Shown: positions 45,290 through 55,915, numbered from the stretch's first letter. The stretch is 64,000 nucleotides of DNA from Gammaproteobacteria bacterium Ga0077554 (GCA_001464585.1 LNFF01000032.1:149285-213284); one strand, 5' to 3'. Notes: a model not told the origin generated them from the letters alone. Translations and numbers: made by a program.

Positions 45290-45326
45290 CGTTTAGGCCC
45301 AGAACGGGATGTAGCAGATGCGCTAT

Positions 45327-45824
45327 TTAGCTCCCCTCTTCCAGAAATGCATTAAAAAAAACTCTGAAAAGTAGGCTCATGAACATGATGCTGACAGCCA
45401 CCAACCCAAGTGATATGGCTGTAAGCAATTGATCGACGCATATGTCGACAATCCAAACGGAAACGGAACTGACTATGAGTTTATGCTCGTTGTTAGCTGT
45501 TAACCCCATCAAGTTGAGTAACAGCAATACAAAAATCGAAGACAGCGAGGCCAGTGAGCTATATTTAAAATATGCTCTGAGAGTGTGGAGCTTCGTTTGC
45601 GTCTTCTTACGCATATCCTCTTCTTGCCCTAACCTTTTGCTGAAATTCGATCCGAACAGAATGGATAGCCCTGTCAGATAAAAACCGAAAACGATGGAAA
45701 GGAAGGTAATGGTGTTGCTTACAAAAGATTCCGGCAATAGCAGTTTCGCGCTGTAAGAAAAAAACATAACAGCAAAAAATAGGATTGAAGCTAATATTTT
45801 ATGATGACTATACATTGTAGGCAT
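45327..45824 (-). CDS. Hypothetical multi-pass (about 4 TM) membrane protein
   Basis: Four hydrophobic segments with one charged loop; AT-rich; overlaps the upstream gene stop. Confidence 0.7.
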   Translation of the reverse strand: MPTMYSHHKILASILFFAVMFFSYSAKLLLPESFVSNTITFLSIVFGFYLTGLSILFGSNFSKRLGQEEDMRKKTQTKLHTLRAYFKYSSLASLSSIFVLLLLNLMGLTANNEHKLIVSSVSVWIVDICVDQLLTAISLGLVAVSIMFMSLLFRVFFNAFLEEGS

Positions 45825-46614
45825 CCCTTAGCTTTGTAACCGTTTGAGTCTTCACATCGCCTGGGGGGAAAAGGAGTTGGCTATCCTTTTGCAAGGGAAT
45901 GCTGATTTTGTTGATGAATTTATTTGTATCGAATACATTCTCAAATCCTCTTTCATCCTTCCCAATACAAACCATGGTTCTGATGTCTCCGGTACTTTGG
46001 AGGCCTGCAAGCCGAAGAATTCCTTGCTTCAAACCATTTTTCATTGGAATTCTGTATTTGGCCTCTATTGAGAACTCCTCTGGCTCCCCATAGCCAAATA
46101 TATTTTTAAGGCTGGAAAATAGATCGCCTTCACGATTAAATATATCCCTAGATCCAGTAAATTTTACAGTTTCCAGTGATTTTATAACCTCAAGAAAGTC
46201 GCTGATGCTTTTATATATATTTTTAACGACAACCTCTTCATCGGTGAACTTGGAGAGAAAATCTCTTAGGAACCCTTTTTTCTTTAGATTTGAAATGTAG
46301 AAAATGGAAGTTACACTATCGTAAATGGCAAATAGCTGGTCATTTGGCTCTATCTGATGAGCGGTTCTTGGATTGGCTAGCTCAGTGCCAGACGGGATAT
46401 CTATCACAATATCCCGATGTGGCATTGCTTTGCCAACATTTGAGTAGAACCAGTAAAATCTGTCGTCAATCACCTCACGAACGATTTGATGCGAGTATTC
46501 CTCGTGAACAATACTCATCTTCTCAGGGGAGAAGGCTTTCTGGAGGTAATTAGCATCTGGCAACTTACCACCTACCACAAGCTCAAACGAAGAGAATGAT
46601 ACGGAGTCAGTCAT
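45808..46614 (-). CDS. Hypothetical soluble protein (268 aa)
   Basis: AT-rich ORF; ATGA overlap with the methylase stop at 46611-46614. Confidence 0.7.
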   Translation of the reverse strand: MTDSVSFSSFELVVGGKLPDANYLQKAFSPEKMSIVHEEYSHQIVREVIDDRFYWFYSNVGKAMPHRDIVIDIPSGTELANPRTAHQIEPNDQLFAIYDSVTSIFYISNLKKKGFLRDFLSKFTDEEVVVKNIYKSISDFLEVIKSLETVKFTGSRDIFNREGDLFSSLKNIFGYGEPEEFSIEAKYRIPMKNGLKQGILRLAGLQSTGDIRTMVCIGKDERGFENVFDTNKFINKISIPLQKDSQLLFPPGDVKTQTVTKLRDAYNV

Positions 46615-49385
46615 TTTATGACACATCCTTTTTTGCTAGTTATCTTGGTATAAAGCTCAAACAGTTTTTCCAGCCGCTCGGTGTCGTTTTTGAAGCGGCG
46701 GCCGATGTAGATGCGCTCCAGCACCTCGTCGTTGCGCTCATGGGCGTGGCGCAGGTTCTCCGGCATGTTGTCTGGGTCGTACAGGTCGGCGATGGTGGCG
46801 GGGAAATGCGCTTCGCGGGCCAGCAGGATGTTTTCGGCGCAGGTAGTCAGGTCGGTTTTGTTCTGCTCGGTAAGCAGGGGGACGGGGAAGGTGTTCCAGC
46901 CGAGGGTATTGGAGTAGCGATAGCGGGTTTCCAGCTTGCCACAGACAGTACCAATCCAGACCAGATGCAGGCGGGAGGCGATAAGAGCTATATTCCACAG
47001 CGGTGCGTCGTAGAGAGCGAAAGCCTCGCTGGTTACGGTGCTTCGAGCATCGATTAAACCATTGGGTAAAAAAGGGCGATTCTCAGACGAGGTTCTAGGA
47101 ACAGTAATCGTCCACTTTTGAGCGATGTTCATTTCCCTCATCTGGTGTGCCCGCGCAGCCATCTCATTGGCTCCGCTGTCTCGACTCGCCAGCCGCATCG
47201 CTCGCACCCCTTCAACGCGTTGCCGAATGGCATCAATACCCATAGCTTCTTCGAGGTGGACATCCTCAATCCACAGGCAATAGCGTTCCAGACCACGAAT
47301 AAACTCTGCCGAGCCGTAGATACGGCGAATAAAGTGAGCATGCTGCTCTGGTGTTAGACCAAGTGCATCGACTTCATCTCTGGATAGCAGCAGATGTCCG
47401 CCATCAACAGGCTTGTTGCCGAAGGTCATTTCCGCCTGCCCACTCAACGGACGGGATGCCTTGTCCAACATCACACTGTCTCCGGGCACCAAGTAGGCAT
47501 TGATGTGCTCTACCTCCTTCACAATATCCACCGCGTCGCCCTTTCCACTATTGGCGATGGAATACAGGCGGCGCAACGATTTAGTTTGCGATGATAAGCC
47601 CACGATGACCACGGTCACGCCCGCATTGTGGCTGGCGAGATTGGCCCACTTGAACGAGGTGTGCGCAAACGCAATCTTGTTGCCTGTGCTGAAAACCAGC
47701 GGCCAGAGGATGGGAACTTGCTGTCCTTGGCAGATGGAATTGGTGGACACGAACGCGGCGGCAGCATTCGTCTTGGTGCCGTAATCGGCGGCCTTCATGA
47801 ACCAGCCCGCCACATAGTCCAGTGACTTCCAGTTCTTGGTGCGGTTGCCAAAGATGGCTTGCAAATCTGCCTTCTGTTCGTCCGTTTGCCAAGTTGAACC
47901 AAGATACGGCGGGTTGCCACAGATGTAGGTCTCGCCGCCTTCGTTTTTGAAGTCCATTTCCGTCTGATCCAGCGGTGTGTTGAACAAGTCGTCACTAACC
48001 AGCTTCACGCCCGTCCCCGTCGGCGGACAAATGCTCAGCCAATCCAGCCGCAGCGCATTGCCACAGACAATCCAGTTCTGCGCATCCAGCGGCAGAAACT
48101 CCGCCAGCGCATCCTTCTGCCCGCGATACAGTACATCGCACTGGAACTCGGCAATGATGAGCGCAAGGCGCGCTATCTCCGCCGGAAATTCCCGCAGCTC
48201 GATGCCCCGGAAGTTGGTCAGCGGAATCTCGCTGCCCAGATGCGGCTCGCCCCGGCGGTGGTTGATTTCCGCCTCGATCTCGCGCATCTGCTTGTAGGCG
48301 ATGACGAGGAAATTGCCGGAGCCGCAGGCGGGGTCAAACACGCGGATGCGCGCCATGCGTTTGCGCAGGTTCAGCAGCTTGATTTTGTTATCGCCCGCCT
48401 CTGCCAACTGCGCGCGCAGGTCGTCCAGGAACAAGGGGTTCAACACCTTCAGGATGTTGGGCACGCTGGTGTAGTGCATGCCCAATGCGCCGCGCTCTTC
48501 GTCGTCGGCCACGGCCTGGATCATGCTGCCGAAGATGTCCGGGTTGATCTGTTTCCAGTTCAGGCCGCCCGCGTGCAGCAGGTAGGTGCGCGCCATGCGG
48601 GTGAAGCGCGGCACGTCGGTTGCGCCGGAGAACAGGCCGCCATTCACATAGGGGAAGCCATTGGCCCAGTTTGACAAACGGGACTCGGCACTGGCGCGCT
48701 CGGCGTTCTTGATGTTCATGGCGCGGAAGATGACTTGCAGCACCTCATGGGTATTGGCGCCGTCGCGTTCGCTCATTTGCTCAACGGTGTGGGTGAACAG
48801 GCCCTCGCCATTGAAGATGTCGGTGTCTTCGGCAAAGAAACAGAACACCAGCCGCGCCATGAAGTGATTCATGTCGGCGCGGCGCTCGTCCTTGGCCCAG
48901 TCCGGATTTTCTCTCAGCAGCTCGACGTAGAGCTTGTTCAACCGCGTAGTGGCGCGCCTATCTAACTCAGTGTCCTTGAGCTCCTTGGGGAAAGAAATAC
49001 CAGCCAGCGGCAGGAAGAAGCCGAAATGATTGGGGAAGTCCGGGTAGGCGCAAGCAATGGTTTCGCCGCCGACCAACTCTTCGGCCTCCAGAGTCTGCCC
49101 ATCGGTGACGAGGATGAACTTGGCCTTGGCTTTTGTAGTGGCGGGGCTGGCGCGCAACGCTTTGAGGGAAGCACCCACTGCGCCCGCTTCGCACACGGCG
49201 ATATGGATGTTGTTGCGCTGGAGCACGCCCCCCACATCCGAAGCATTGTTGTTGCCCGTGCGCAGGCGCTTGAGTGCCGTGTCCTTATTGCCGAAAGCGG
49301 CCAGAAACGCAAACGGGAACGCCGCCGCGTCGAAGGGCTGAAGAGCCAGGTCCGATATGGCTTCTTCGATTTCTACTGCATTCAT
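46611..49385 (-). CDS. YeeA / MmeI-like N6-adenine DNA methyltransferase with target-recognition domain
   Basis: GMHYTS, FDPACGSGNFL (motif I), GNPPY (motif IV), STNSICQG, RYSNTL..NTFP. Confidence 0.9.
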   Translation of the reverse strand: MNAVEIEEAISDLALQPFDAAAFPFAFLAAFGNKDTALKRLRTGNNNASDVGGVLQRNNIHIAVCEAGAVGASLKALRASPATTKAKAKFILVTDGQTLEAEELVGGETIACAYPDFPNHFGFFLPLAGISFPKELKDTELDRRATTRLNKLYVELLRENPDWAKDERRADMNHFMARLVFCFFAEDTDIFNGEGLFTHTVEQMSERDGANTHEVLQVIFRAMNIKNAERASAESRLSNWANGFPYVNGGLFSGATDVPRFTRMARTYLLHAGGLNWKQINPDIFGSMIQAVADDEERGALGMHYTSVPNILKVLNPLFLDDLRAQLAEAGDNKIKLLNLRKRMARIRVFDPACGSGNFLVIAYKQMREIEAEINHRRGEPHLGSEIPLTNFRGIELREFPAEIARLALIIAEFQCDVLYRGQKDALAEFLPLDAQNWIVCGNALRLDWLSICPPTGTGVKLVSDDLFNTPLDQTEMDFKNEGGETYICGNPPYLGSTWQTDEQKADLQAIFGNRTKNWKSLDYVAGWFMKAADYGTKTNAAAAFVSTNSICQGQQVPILWPLVFSTGNKIAFAHTSFKWANLASHNAGVTVVIVGLSSQTKSLRRLYSIANSGKGDAVDIVKEVEHINAYLVPGDSVMLDKASRPLSGQAEMTFGNKPVDGGHLLLSRDEVDALGLTPEQHAHFIRRIYGSAEFIRGLERYCLWIEDVHLEEAMGIDAIRQRVEGVRAMRLASRDSGANEMAARAHQMREMNIAQKWTITVPRTSSENRPFLPNGLIDARSTVTSEAFALYDAPLWNIALIASRLHLVWIGTVCGKLETRYRYSNTLGWNTFPVPLLTEQNKTDLTTCAENILLAREAHFPATIADLYDPDNMPENLRHAHERNDEVLERIYIGRRFKNDTERLEKLFELYTKITSKKGCVIK

Positions 49386-49840
49386 GGGGGATCTTGCCTG
49401 TGTGAGGCCTTGCTTACACTTCCCGCAGGGGGATGATTGCTGGTGCGGAGTTGCGGGAGACGATTGTGTATAGGGTTGCCGTCGTCGTCGAAGTTTTTCA
49501 TCATTATGGTGAAGGAGGTGTGGTTCTGTGCATAGCAGCCCGTTGTGGCGGCCTAGGTGCTCTGTATGCTGTCGTCATGTCGTGTTTTCCGGCATGACAA
49601 AGCCAGCCGCCTCAACCCTATCGCCAACCCGTCAAAAAGTGCGGAAAACTGCGTCACTATGGTATAGCATACGCAAACCATACGCTACTCTGGTTCGGGC
49701 CACGCCTCACTGACCTGGATGAGCAACTGAAGGAATTTTCGGCGGTTTGGGCTTACACCCTTAGGAGGTGCGAAAAAATCATTCACGGTTTTCTGCGCCT
49801 TCCCAATCCAGCCATGATATTAGGCGAGATGGGGGCACGG

Positions 49841-49864
49841 CGATGAAATCAACGGATTTCATCG
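49841..49864. terminator. Hairpin just downstream of the cNMP-binding gene
   Basis: CGATGAAATC-AACG-GATTTCATCG. Confidence 0.4.
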
Positions 49865-49868
49865 TGCG

Positions 49869-50354
49869 TCAATAACGCCCATGCTGTTTATTAATGTAAT
49901 TGGTAAGCTCTACATATTGATTATTCATGCGCCGCACAATGCCGTGAACCGCACGTACAATCGAGCGCATGACACGGTAGACGATAACGGGGTCGGTGGC
50001 CAGTAGCGACTCGAAGGCATCGCGTTGCAGGGAAAAAAGTTCGGTGTTGCCGATGGAACTCAGCGTTGCGCTGTGTTCCATGCCATCAATAAAACCCAGC
50101 GCGCCAGCGAGGTCGCCGGACTTCAGGATATGCAGGGTAATGACCTCACCCCCGCCGCTGTCTTTCATCACCGCCAGCATGCCGCTAATCACCACGTGCA
50201 AGCTGTTATCGCTGTGGCCTTCTTGGATTAAGATCTCGTCTTCCTTGAGGCTGCGCACTGAAATGATCTTGCTCAGTTCCCGGCACTGGGCATCCGTCAA
50301 CTCGGCGGCGAACGGCGAAGCATGCAGAATGTCGTATTTCTCTTGCTCGGTCAT
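49869..50354 (-). CDS. Stand-alone cyclic-nucleotide-binding domain protein
   Basis: LIQEG...LHVVISG.L...GDLAG.LGFIDG..HSAT; no HTH; start MTEQ. Confidence 0.8.
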   Translation of the reverse strand: MTEQEKYDILHASPFAAELTDAQCRELSKIISVRSLKEDEILIQEGHSDNSLHVVISGMLAVMKDSGGGEVITLHILKSGDLAGALGFIDGMEHSATLSSIGNTELFSLQRDAFESLLATDPVIVYRVMRSIVRAVHGIVRRMNNQYVELTNYINKQHGRY

Positions 50355-50380
50355 GGCAGTGTGTACCTGTATTAAAACGC

Positions 50381-51460
50381 CTAAGTCATATTCTCCAAAA
50401 TAGCGCGCTTCACGGAATCCAGCGTGGCTTCCACTGTAATCAGCGGTGTGTTGCTCTGGCTGATGGCGATGTCCGGGTCTTTCAGTCCGTGCCCTGTCAA
50501 GGTGCAAACCACTTTGCTGCCTTCAGGTATTTTGCCTGATTTAATGTCGCGCATGGCGCCGGCCAACGAAGTGGCCGATGCCGGCTCGCAGAACACGCCT
50601 TCTGTTTGTGCGAGCAATTTCTGCGCCGCCAATATTTCCTGATCGGTGCATTCGTCAAACCAGCCATTCGACTCTTCGCGCACTTGCCAGGCTTTGTCCC
50701 AGCTTTGCGGATAACCGATGCGGATGGCGGTGGCAATGGTGTCAGGATTATCGACCGGCTTGCCGCGCATGAACGGCGCAGAACCTGCCGCTTGATAACC
50801 GACCATGCGCGGGGAATTATTGACGATACCGTGCTCGTGATATTCTTTATAACCCATCCAGTGTGCAGTGATATTGCCCGCATTGCCCACTGGCAAGCAA
50901 TGAAAGTCCGGCGCGCATTCCAGCTCTTCCACAATTTCAAATGCGGCAGTCTTCTGGCCTTGCAGACGAAATGGATTGATGGAGTTGACGATGGTTACCG
51001 GCGCCTGCAACGCCACATCTTTCACCAACTGCATACCCGCATCAAAATTACCTTTGATCTGGATCACCACCGCACCATGAATCATCGCTTGCGCTAATTT
51101 ACCCAGGGCAATTTTGCCGTCAGGAATCAGCACAAACGAAGCGATGCCCGCGCGCGAGGCATAGGCGGCGGCGGCGGCTGAAGTGTTGCCGGTAGATGCG
51201 CAGATAATCGCACGGCTACCGTCTTCCACCGCCTTGGTCACTGCCATGGTCATGCCACGATCCTTGAATGAACCGGTGGGATTCAGGCCTTCAAACTTGA
51301 CGTAGATATCCACTTCCTTACCGAGCACGCGCGGAATGTTGTTGAGGCGAATCAGCGGGGTATTACCTTCACCCAGACTGATAATGCGCGTGTCATCATG
51401 CACCGGTAAACGGTCACGGTATTTGTTAATCAGGCCGGTGTAGCGGGGACGGAAGGGCAT
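50381..51460 (-). CDS. thrC: Threonine synthase
   Basis: EGNTPL, NPTGSFKDRG, CASTGNT, PVGNAGN, TGHGLKD. Confidence 0.95.
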   Translation of the reverse strand: MPFRPRYTGLINKYRDRLPVHDDTRIISLGEGNTPLIRLNNIPRVLGKEVDIYVKFEGLNPTGSFKDRGMTMAVTKAVEDGSRAIICASTGNTSAAAAAYASRAGIASFVLIPDGKIALGKLAQAMIHGAVVIQIKGNFDAGMQLVKDVALQAPVTIVNSINPFRLQGQKTAAFEIVEELECAPDFHCLPVGNAGNITAHWMGYKEYHEHGIVNNSPRMVGYQAAGSAPFMRGKPVDNPDTIATAIRIGYPQSWDKAWQVREESNGWFDECTDQEILAAQKLLAQTEGVFCEPASATSLAGAMRDIKSGKIPEGSKVVCTLTGHGLKDPDIAISQSNTPLITVEATLDSVKRAILENMT

Positions 51461-51488
51461 GGTATTTCCTGTTTAAATTTACTGTTAC

Positions 51489-51920
51489 TCAAGATAACTC
51501 TAACGAAAAATGGTGACTAACAATTTGCATACGTTTTGCCAGATAAAACCGATGGGCAGAAAATCGCTGTACGCCAGAATCCAGATGCAACTGACCGCAA
51601 GCATTTTCTTTGGCGTGACGCACTAACCAGTCAAACAAAACACCGCCATAACCTTGCGAACGATTGCCTTCGTCTGCCACCAGATCATCCACGTACATAT
51701 GCACACCCGCGTATAAATTTTCAAGTATTCTAAATCCAGCCACGGCTTTTACGCTATCGCCCTCATAAAGGGCAGCAAGCCGATAGCCTTGGTCCATTTG
51801 GCGACGAATACGCGGCACAAAATCAGCCTTGGTTAAATGCGGGCGAAGCTGCGCCATCACAGAGTAACACCCAGCTATTTCAGCATCGGAATCCAGAATG
51901 GCAATTCTTGACATCGGCAT
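51489..51920 (-). CDS. GNAT acetyltransferase
   Basis: YVDDLV...RSQGYG, LHLDSG, AHRFY. Confidence 0.85.
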   Translation of the reverse strand: MPMSRIAILDSDAEIAGCYSVMAQLRPHLTKADFVPRIRRQMDQGYRLAALYEGDSVKAVAGFRILENLYAGVHMYVDDLVADEGNRSQGYGGVLFDWLVRHAKENACGQLHLDSGVQRFSAHRFYLAKRMQIVSHHFSLELS

Positions 51921-51931
51921 TTTCCTGCGCG

Positions 51932-53248
51932 TTACTTACTATCCAACCGCTCCAACCGTATGCGCGTCACTGGCCCCGTCATGCTGCCCAGCGCTTCGAT
52001 GCGCTGTATCGCTTCGTTCATACGCTGTTCGCGGGTACGGTGAGTGAGTATCACGACCGGCACATCACTGGCGCCCGCTGCCGAAGGCTTTTGCAACATG
52101 GCTTCGATACTGATGTTCTGGTCAGCAAGGATGCGCGTAACGTCGGCCAGCACGCCGGGGCGGTCTTGCGCCTGCATACGCAGATAATAAGCGGTTTCAA
52201 CTTGCTCGATCGGCAAGATCGGCATGTCCGACAAGGAATCGGGCTGGAAGGCCAAATGCGGCACGCGGTTTTCGGGGTCAGCGGTGAGGGTGCGCACCAC
52301 ATCCACCAGATCTGCCACCACCGCAGAGGCGGTTGGCTCTGCGCCGGCACCCGCGCCGTAGTATAACGTAGCACCGACGGCATCGCCTTTCACCAGCACC
52401 GCGTTCATCACGCCGTCAACATTGGCGATGAGACGACGATGCGGAATCAGGGTAGGATGCACGCGCAATTCGATGCCGTGTTCCGTGCGCCGCGCAATGC
52501 CTAAATGTTTAATGCGATAACCCAACTCTTCGGCATAGCCGACATCCTGCCGCGTGATGCGGGTGATGCCTTCGGTGTAGGCTTTGTCGAACTGCAAGGG
52601 AATGCCAAACGCAATCGACGCCAGAATGGTGAGCTTGTGCGCGGCGTCGATGCCTTCCACATCAAAGGTGGGATCAGCTTCGGCATAACCCAACTGCTGC
52701 GCTTCGGCCAGCACATCGGCAAAGTCACGGCCTTTATCACGCATTTCAGTCAGAATAAAATTGCCGGTGCCATTGATGATGCCCGCCAGCCATTCGATAC
52801 GGTTACCCGCCAGGCCTTCGCGGATGGCTTTGATAATGGGAATGCCACCTGCCACCGCCGCTTCGAACGACACCATCACGCCTTTTTTGCGCGCGGCGGC
52901 GAAAATTTCGTTGCCGTATTTGGCGATCAATGCTTTGTTCGCGGTGACCACATGCTTGCCGTTGGCAATCGCAGCCATCACCAAGTCGCGCGCGACGGTG
53001 GTGCCGCCCATCAATTCGACAATCACTTCAAGGTCGGGGTTGTTCACCACCTCGAATGGGTCCTGGGTGAGCTTGATGCCTGTGGTGGAACAAATGCGCG
53101 GCTTACTCAAGTCGCGCGCGCTGGCATGTACAATTTCAATGCCGCGCCCGGCGCGCCGCACAATTTCAGCGGCGTTGCGCGATAACACATTGACCGTGCC
53201 GCCACCGACGGTGCCTAATCCCAACACGCCCACTTTAACGGGATTCAT
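51932..53248 (-). CDS. hom: Homoserine dehydrogenase with ACT domain
   Basis: [33 protein letters not shown]. Confidence 0.96.
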   Translation of the reverse strand: MNPVKVGVLGLGTVGGGTVNVLSRNAAEIVRRAGRGIEIVHASARDLSKPRICSTTGIKLTQDPFEVVNNPDLEVIVELMGGTTVARDLVMAAIANGKHVVTANKALIAKYGNEIFAAARKKGVMVSFEAAVAGGIPIIKAIREGLAGNRIEWLAGIINGTGNFILTEMRDKGRDFADVLAEAQQLGYAEADPTFDVEGIDAAHKLTILASIAFGIPLQFDKAYTEGITRITRQDVGYAEELGYRIKHLGIARRTEHGIELRVHPTLIPHRRLIANVDGVMNAVLVKGDAVGATLYYGAGAGAEPTASAVVADLVDVVRTLTADPENRVPHLAFQPDSLSDMPILPIEQVETAYYLRMQAQDRPGVLADVTRILADQNISIEAMLQKPSAAGASDVPVVILTHRTREQRMNEAIQRIEALGSMTGPVTRIRLERLDSK

Positions 53249-54455
53249 TGACTACTGCTCCTAATGCTTCATTACGGTCTTTTCTGAACATATCACGTAT
53301 GCCGCGCACTGCCTGACGGGTGCGGTGCTCATTTTCAATCAAACCAAACCGCACATGATCATCGCCACACTCACCAAATCCCACGCCCGGCGACACGGCA
53401 ACCTTGGCGTCGTCGAGCAACTTCTTGGAAAACTCCAGCGAACCCATGTGGCGGTATTGTTCGGGAATCCGCGCCCACACAAACATGCTGGCCTTGGGTG
53501 GAACAATCGGCCAGCCGATGGAATTCAAACCGTTGCACAATACATCACGGCGGCGCTGATACAACGCGGAGATTTCATGTACGCAATCCTGCGGGCCTTC
53601 CAGCGCGGCAATGGCTGCCACCTGAATCGGCGTGAACATGCCGTAATCCAGATAGGATTTCATGCGCGCCAACGCGGCCACCAGAATCGGATTACCCGCC
53701 ATAAACCCCACACGCCAACCCGGCATGTTATAGCTCTTGGACAGCGTGAAAAATTCCACGGCAACATCTTTTGCGCCCGGCACTTGCAAAATCGAGGGGG
53801 CGACATAGCCATCAAACGCGATGTCGGCATACGCCAGATCATGCACCACCCACACGCCATATTCGCGCGCCAAGGCGACCAGCTTTTCAAAAAACGCCAG
53901 ATCCACGCAATGCGTCGTGGGATTGCCAGGGAAATTCACCACCAGCATTTTGGGGCGCGGCCAGCACTCTTGCAGGGATTTTTCCAGCGCCAGCAGAAAG
54001 TCATCGCTGGATCCAGTCAGCGGCACATGGCGCACTTCGGCGCCCGCCATAATGAAACCATACGGATGGATCGGATACGCCGGATTAGGCACCAGCACCA
54101 CATCGCCCGGCCCCATCGTCGCAAACGCCAGATGCGCCAGCCCTTCTTTGGAGCCGATGGTGACAATCGCCTCAGTGTCCGGGTTCAGCTCGACGTTGAA
54201 ACGATTGTGATACCAGGTAGCCAGTGCTTTACGCAAACGCGGAATGCCGCGCGACACTGAATAGCGATGCGTATCGCCACGCTGCGCGGCTTCAATGAGC
54301 TTGTCTACAATATGCTGCGGCGTGGGCTGGTCGGGATTACCCATGCCAAAGTCAATAATGTCTTCACCGCGCGCGCGCGCCTTGGCCTTTAACTCACCCA
54401 CGATGTTAAATACATAGGGGGGCAGGAGCTTGATTCTGGGGAAGTCGGTATTCAA
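53235..54455 (-). CDS. alaC: Alanine transaminase, class I PLP (likely TTG start)
   Basis: [38 protein letters not shown]. Confidence 0.9.
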   Translation of the reverse strand: MNTDFPRIKLLPPYVFNIVGELKAKARARGEDIIDFGMGNPDQPTPQHIVDKLIEAAQRGDTHRYSVSRGIPRLRKALATWYHNRFNVELNPDTEAIVTIGSKEGLAHLAFATMGPGDVVLVPNPAYPIHPYGFIMAGAEVRHVPLTGSSDDFLLALEKSLQECWPRPKMLVVNFPGNPTTHCVDLAFFEKLVALAREYGVWVVHDLAYADIAFDGYVAPSILQVPGAKDVAVEFFTLSKSYNMPGWRVGFMAGNPILVAALARMKSYLDYGMFTPIQVAAIAALEGPQDCVHEISALYQRRRDVLCNGLNSIGWPIVPPKASMFVWARIPEQYRHMGSLEFSKKLLDDAKVAVSPGVGFGECGDDHVRFGLIENEHRTRQAVRGIRDMFRKDRNEALGAVVNESR

Positions 54456-54568
54456 ACGTATGATTCCATCTGTAAATTCCAAATAAGGCACAGCACACAA
54501 AAAGCCTAACTTTTCATTATATTACTATTCAGGATGTTACAAAAGTGGCAAATGTGCCGCCCGGCGAG

Positions 54569-54949
54569 CTACTCGTATAGCTTTACCTTCAACACCTGAT
54601 TCAAAAGGCGAAAGTGTTTGTCGAGGGAGTAGACCTTACAATTAGTTTGCTTTGCATTTTGGGCGATAATCAAATCAGGAATCCCCACCCCACCGCACCC
54701 ACTTTTCAAACACTTCACCTGAAATTCAATAATTTCATCCCAGTGGATTTCCAAAGGGATACGTTTTAATTCATGAAGCAGATTAATGACCTTGGTTTGC
54801 TTCTTTATTTTTAGATAGGGGATCAATTCCGCGAGTATTATATCGTTGGTAACAATGAGGTTTTCGTCAATCAGGAGATCAAGATCCTGGGAGTTATTGG
54901 CGCCCCGAAAATAATCAATCCATATTGACGTATCGACCAAAACCTCCAT
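54569..54949 (-). CDS. vapC: PIN-domain toxin
   Basis: VDTSIWI, LAEL, DLIIA, SLDKHF. Confidence 0.88.
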   Translation of the reverse strand: MEVLVDTSIWIDYFRGANNSQDLDLLIDENLIVTNDIILAELIPYLKIKKQTKVINLLHELKRIPLEIHWDEIIEFQVKCLKSGCGGVGIPDLIIAQNAKQTNCKVYSLDKHFRLLNQVLKVKLYE

Positions 54950-55143
54950 TAATGGCGATCCCGGATTTCATTAAGATCAACCTCTAGATCAATCTTTCCC
55001 TTGTACTGCTTCAGGCCAGCAATAGCTGATTTTCTTATCAATTCTTCCAATGCTTTGACGATCACCCCGGTTTTTGTATCAATATGGGTTACTTTCATTG
55101 CCTCATTCAGCAATTTCTCGGGTAAATCAAGCGTAGTTCTCAT
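54949..55143 (-). CDS. vapB: Antitoxin, RHH type
   Basis: MRTTLDL...L..A......TK..V...AL; TAATG overlap with the toxin. Confidence 0.85.
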   Translation of the reverse strand: MRTTLDLPEKLLNEAMKVTHIDTKTGVIVKALEELIRKSAIAGLKQYKGKIDLEVDLNEIRDRH

Positions 55144-55202
55144 CGGCACCTCCCAGGTTATGCATATGATACTATAATACCATGCATATCTTTTCAAGGC
55201 GC

Positions 55203-55889
55203 CTACCTGCGCCGCAATATCGCCATCCAGCGCCACAGGTTAAACAGGCTGGCGAGCGACCCAGCCACGTAGGTGAGCGCGCAGGCCTTGAGAATGCGCC
55301 GCGCGGCGCGTTGTTCCTGCCCTGAAATATATTGCCCATCGCGCAAGAGGGGCAGCGCCCGGCCGAAACTGGCGTCCCATTCCACCGGCAGGGTGACCAG
55401 ATGCACCAGGGTAGACAGCGCAAAACCGCCCAACCCGGCGACGAACAACACCAGCCCGGCCGTCGGGGAACGGGTAACGAGCATCACCACCGGCATCACC
55501 AGCATTACCATGGAGGCGATTTTCTCGGTGCGCTGCGCGATTTGCACTAAATTAGTACGCGTTTTGAGCGGGACATAGCCGGTTTGATCTTGAATGGCGT
55601 GACCCACCTCGTGCGCCGCCACGGCAATTGCGGTGAGTGATTTGCCTTTCAGATTAGCCGGGCTGAGCCGCACGCACTTCGCCAGCGGGTCGTAGTGGTC
55701 GCCACTGTCGGTAGCTTCGACCTGGACATTATGCAAACCCTGCTTATCCAGCAGGTGCCGCGCCAATTCACCTCCCGTACCCGGAAAATGATCCTGCTCG
55801 ACGCTATAGCGTTTCAACACATGCCGCGCCCAGAACTGCGGACCAAACACCAGCAGCACGCCAAGCACGATTAGAATGACAATGGACAA
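55203..55889 (-). CDS. Putative neutral zinc metallopeptidase (YugP type); start uncertain
   Basis: DHYDP, AAHEVGHA (HExxH), TLPVEWDAS, ALTYVA. Confidence 0.85.
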   Translation of the reverse strand: MSIVILIVLGVLLVFGPQFWARHVLKRYSVEQDHFPGTGGELARHLLDKQGLHNVQVEATDSGDHYDPLAKCVRLSPANLKGKSLTAIAVAAHEVGHAIQDQTGYVPLKTRTNLVQIAQRTEKIASMVMLVMPVVMLVTRSPTAGLVLFVAGLGGFALSTLVHLVTLPVEWDASFGRALPLLRDGQYISGQEQRAARRILKACALTYVAGSLASLFNLWRWMAILRRR

Positions 55890-55915
55890 CGTCTTGATCC
55901 GTAAAATAATCAATG

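Noticed and set aside
49386-49840. Integrase, tRNA or att site at the island's right edge
   Set aside because: No recognisable recombinase ORF, cloverleaf, or repeat matching the left edge
53325-54260. 311-aa plus-strand ORF and the many similar short overlapping ORFs
   Set aside because: Antisense or alternate-frame shadows of well-supported genes
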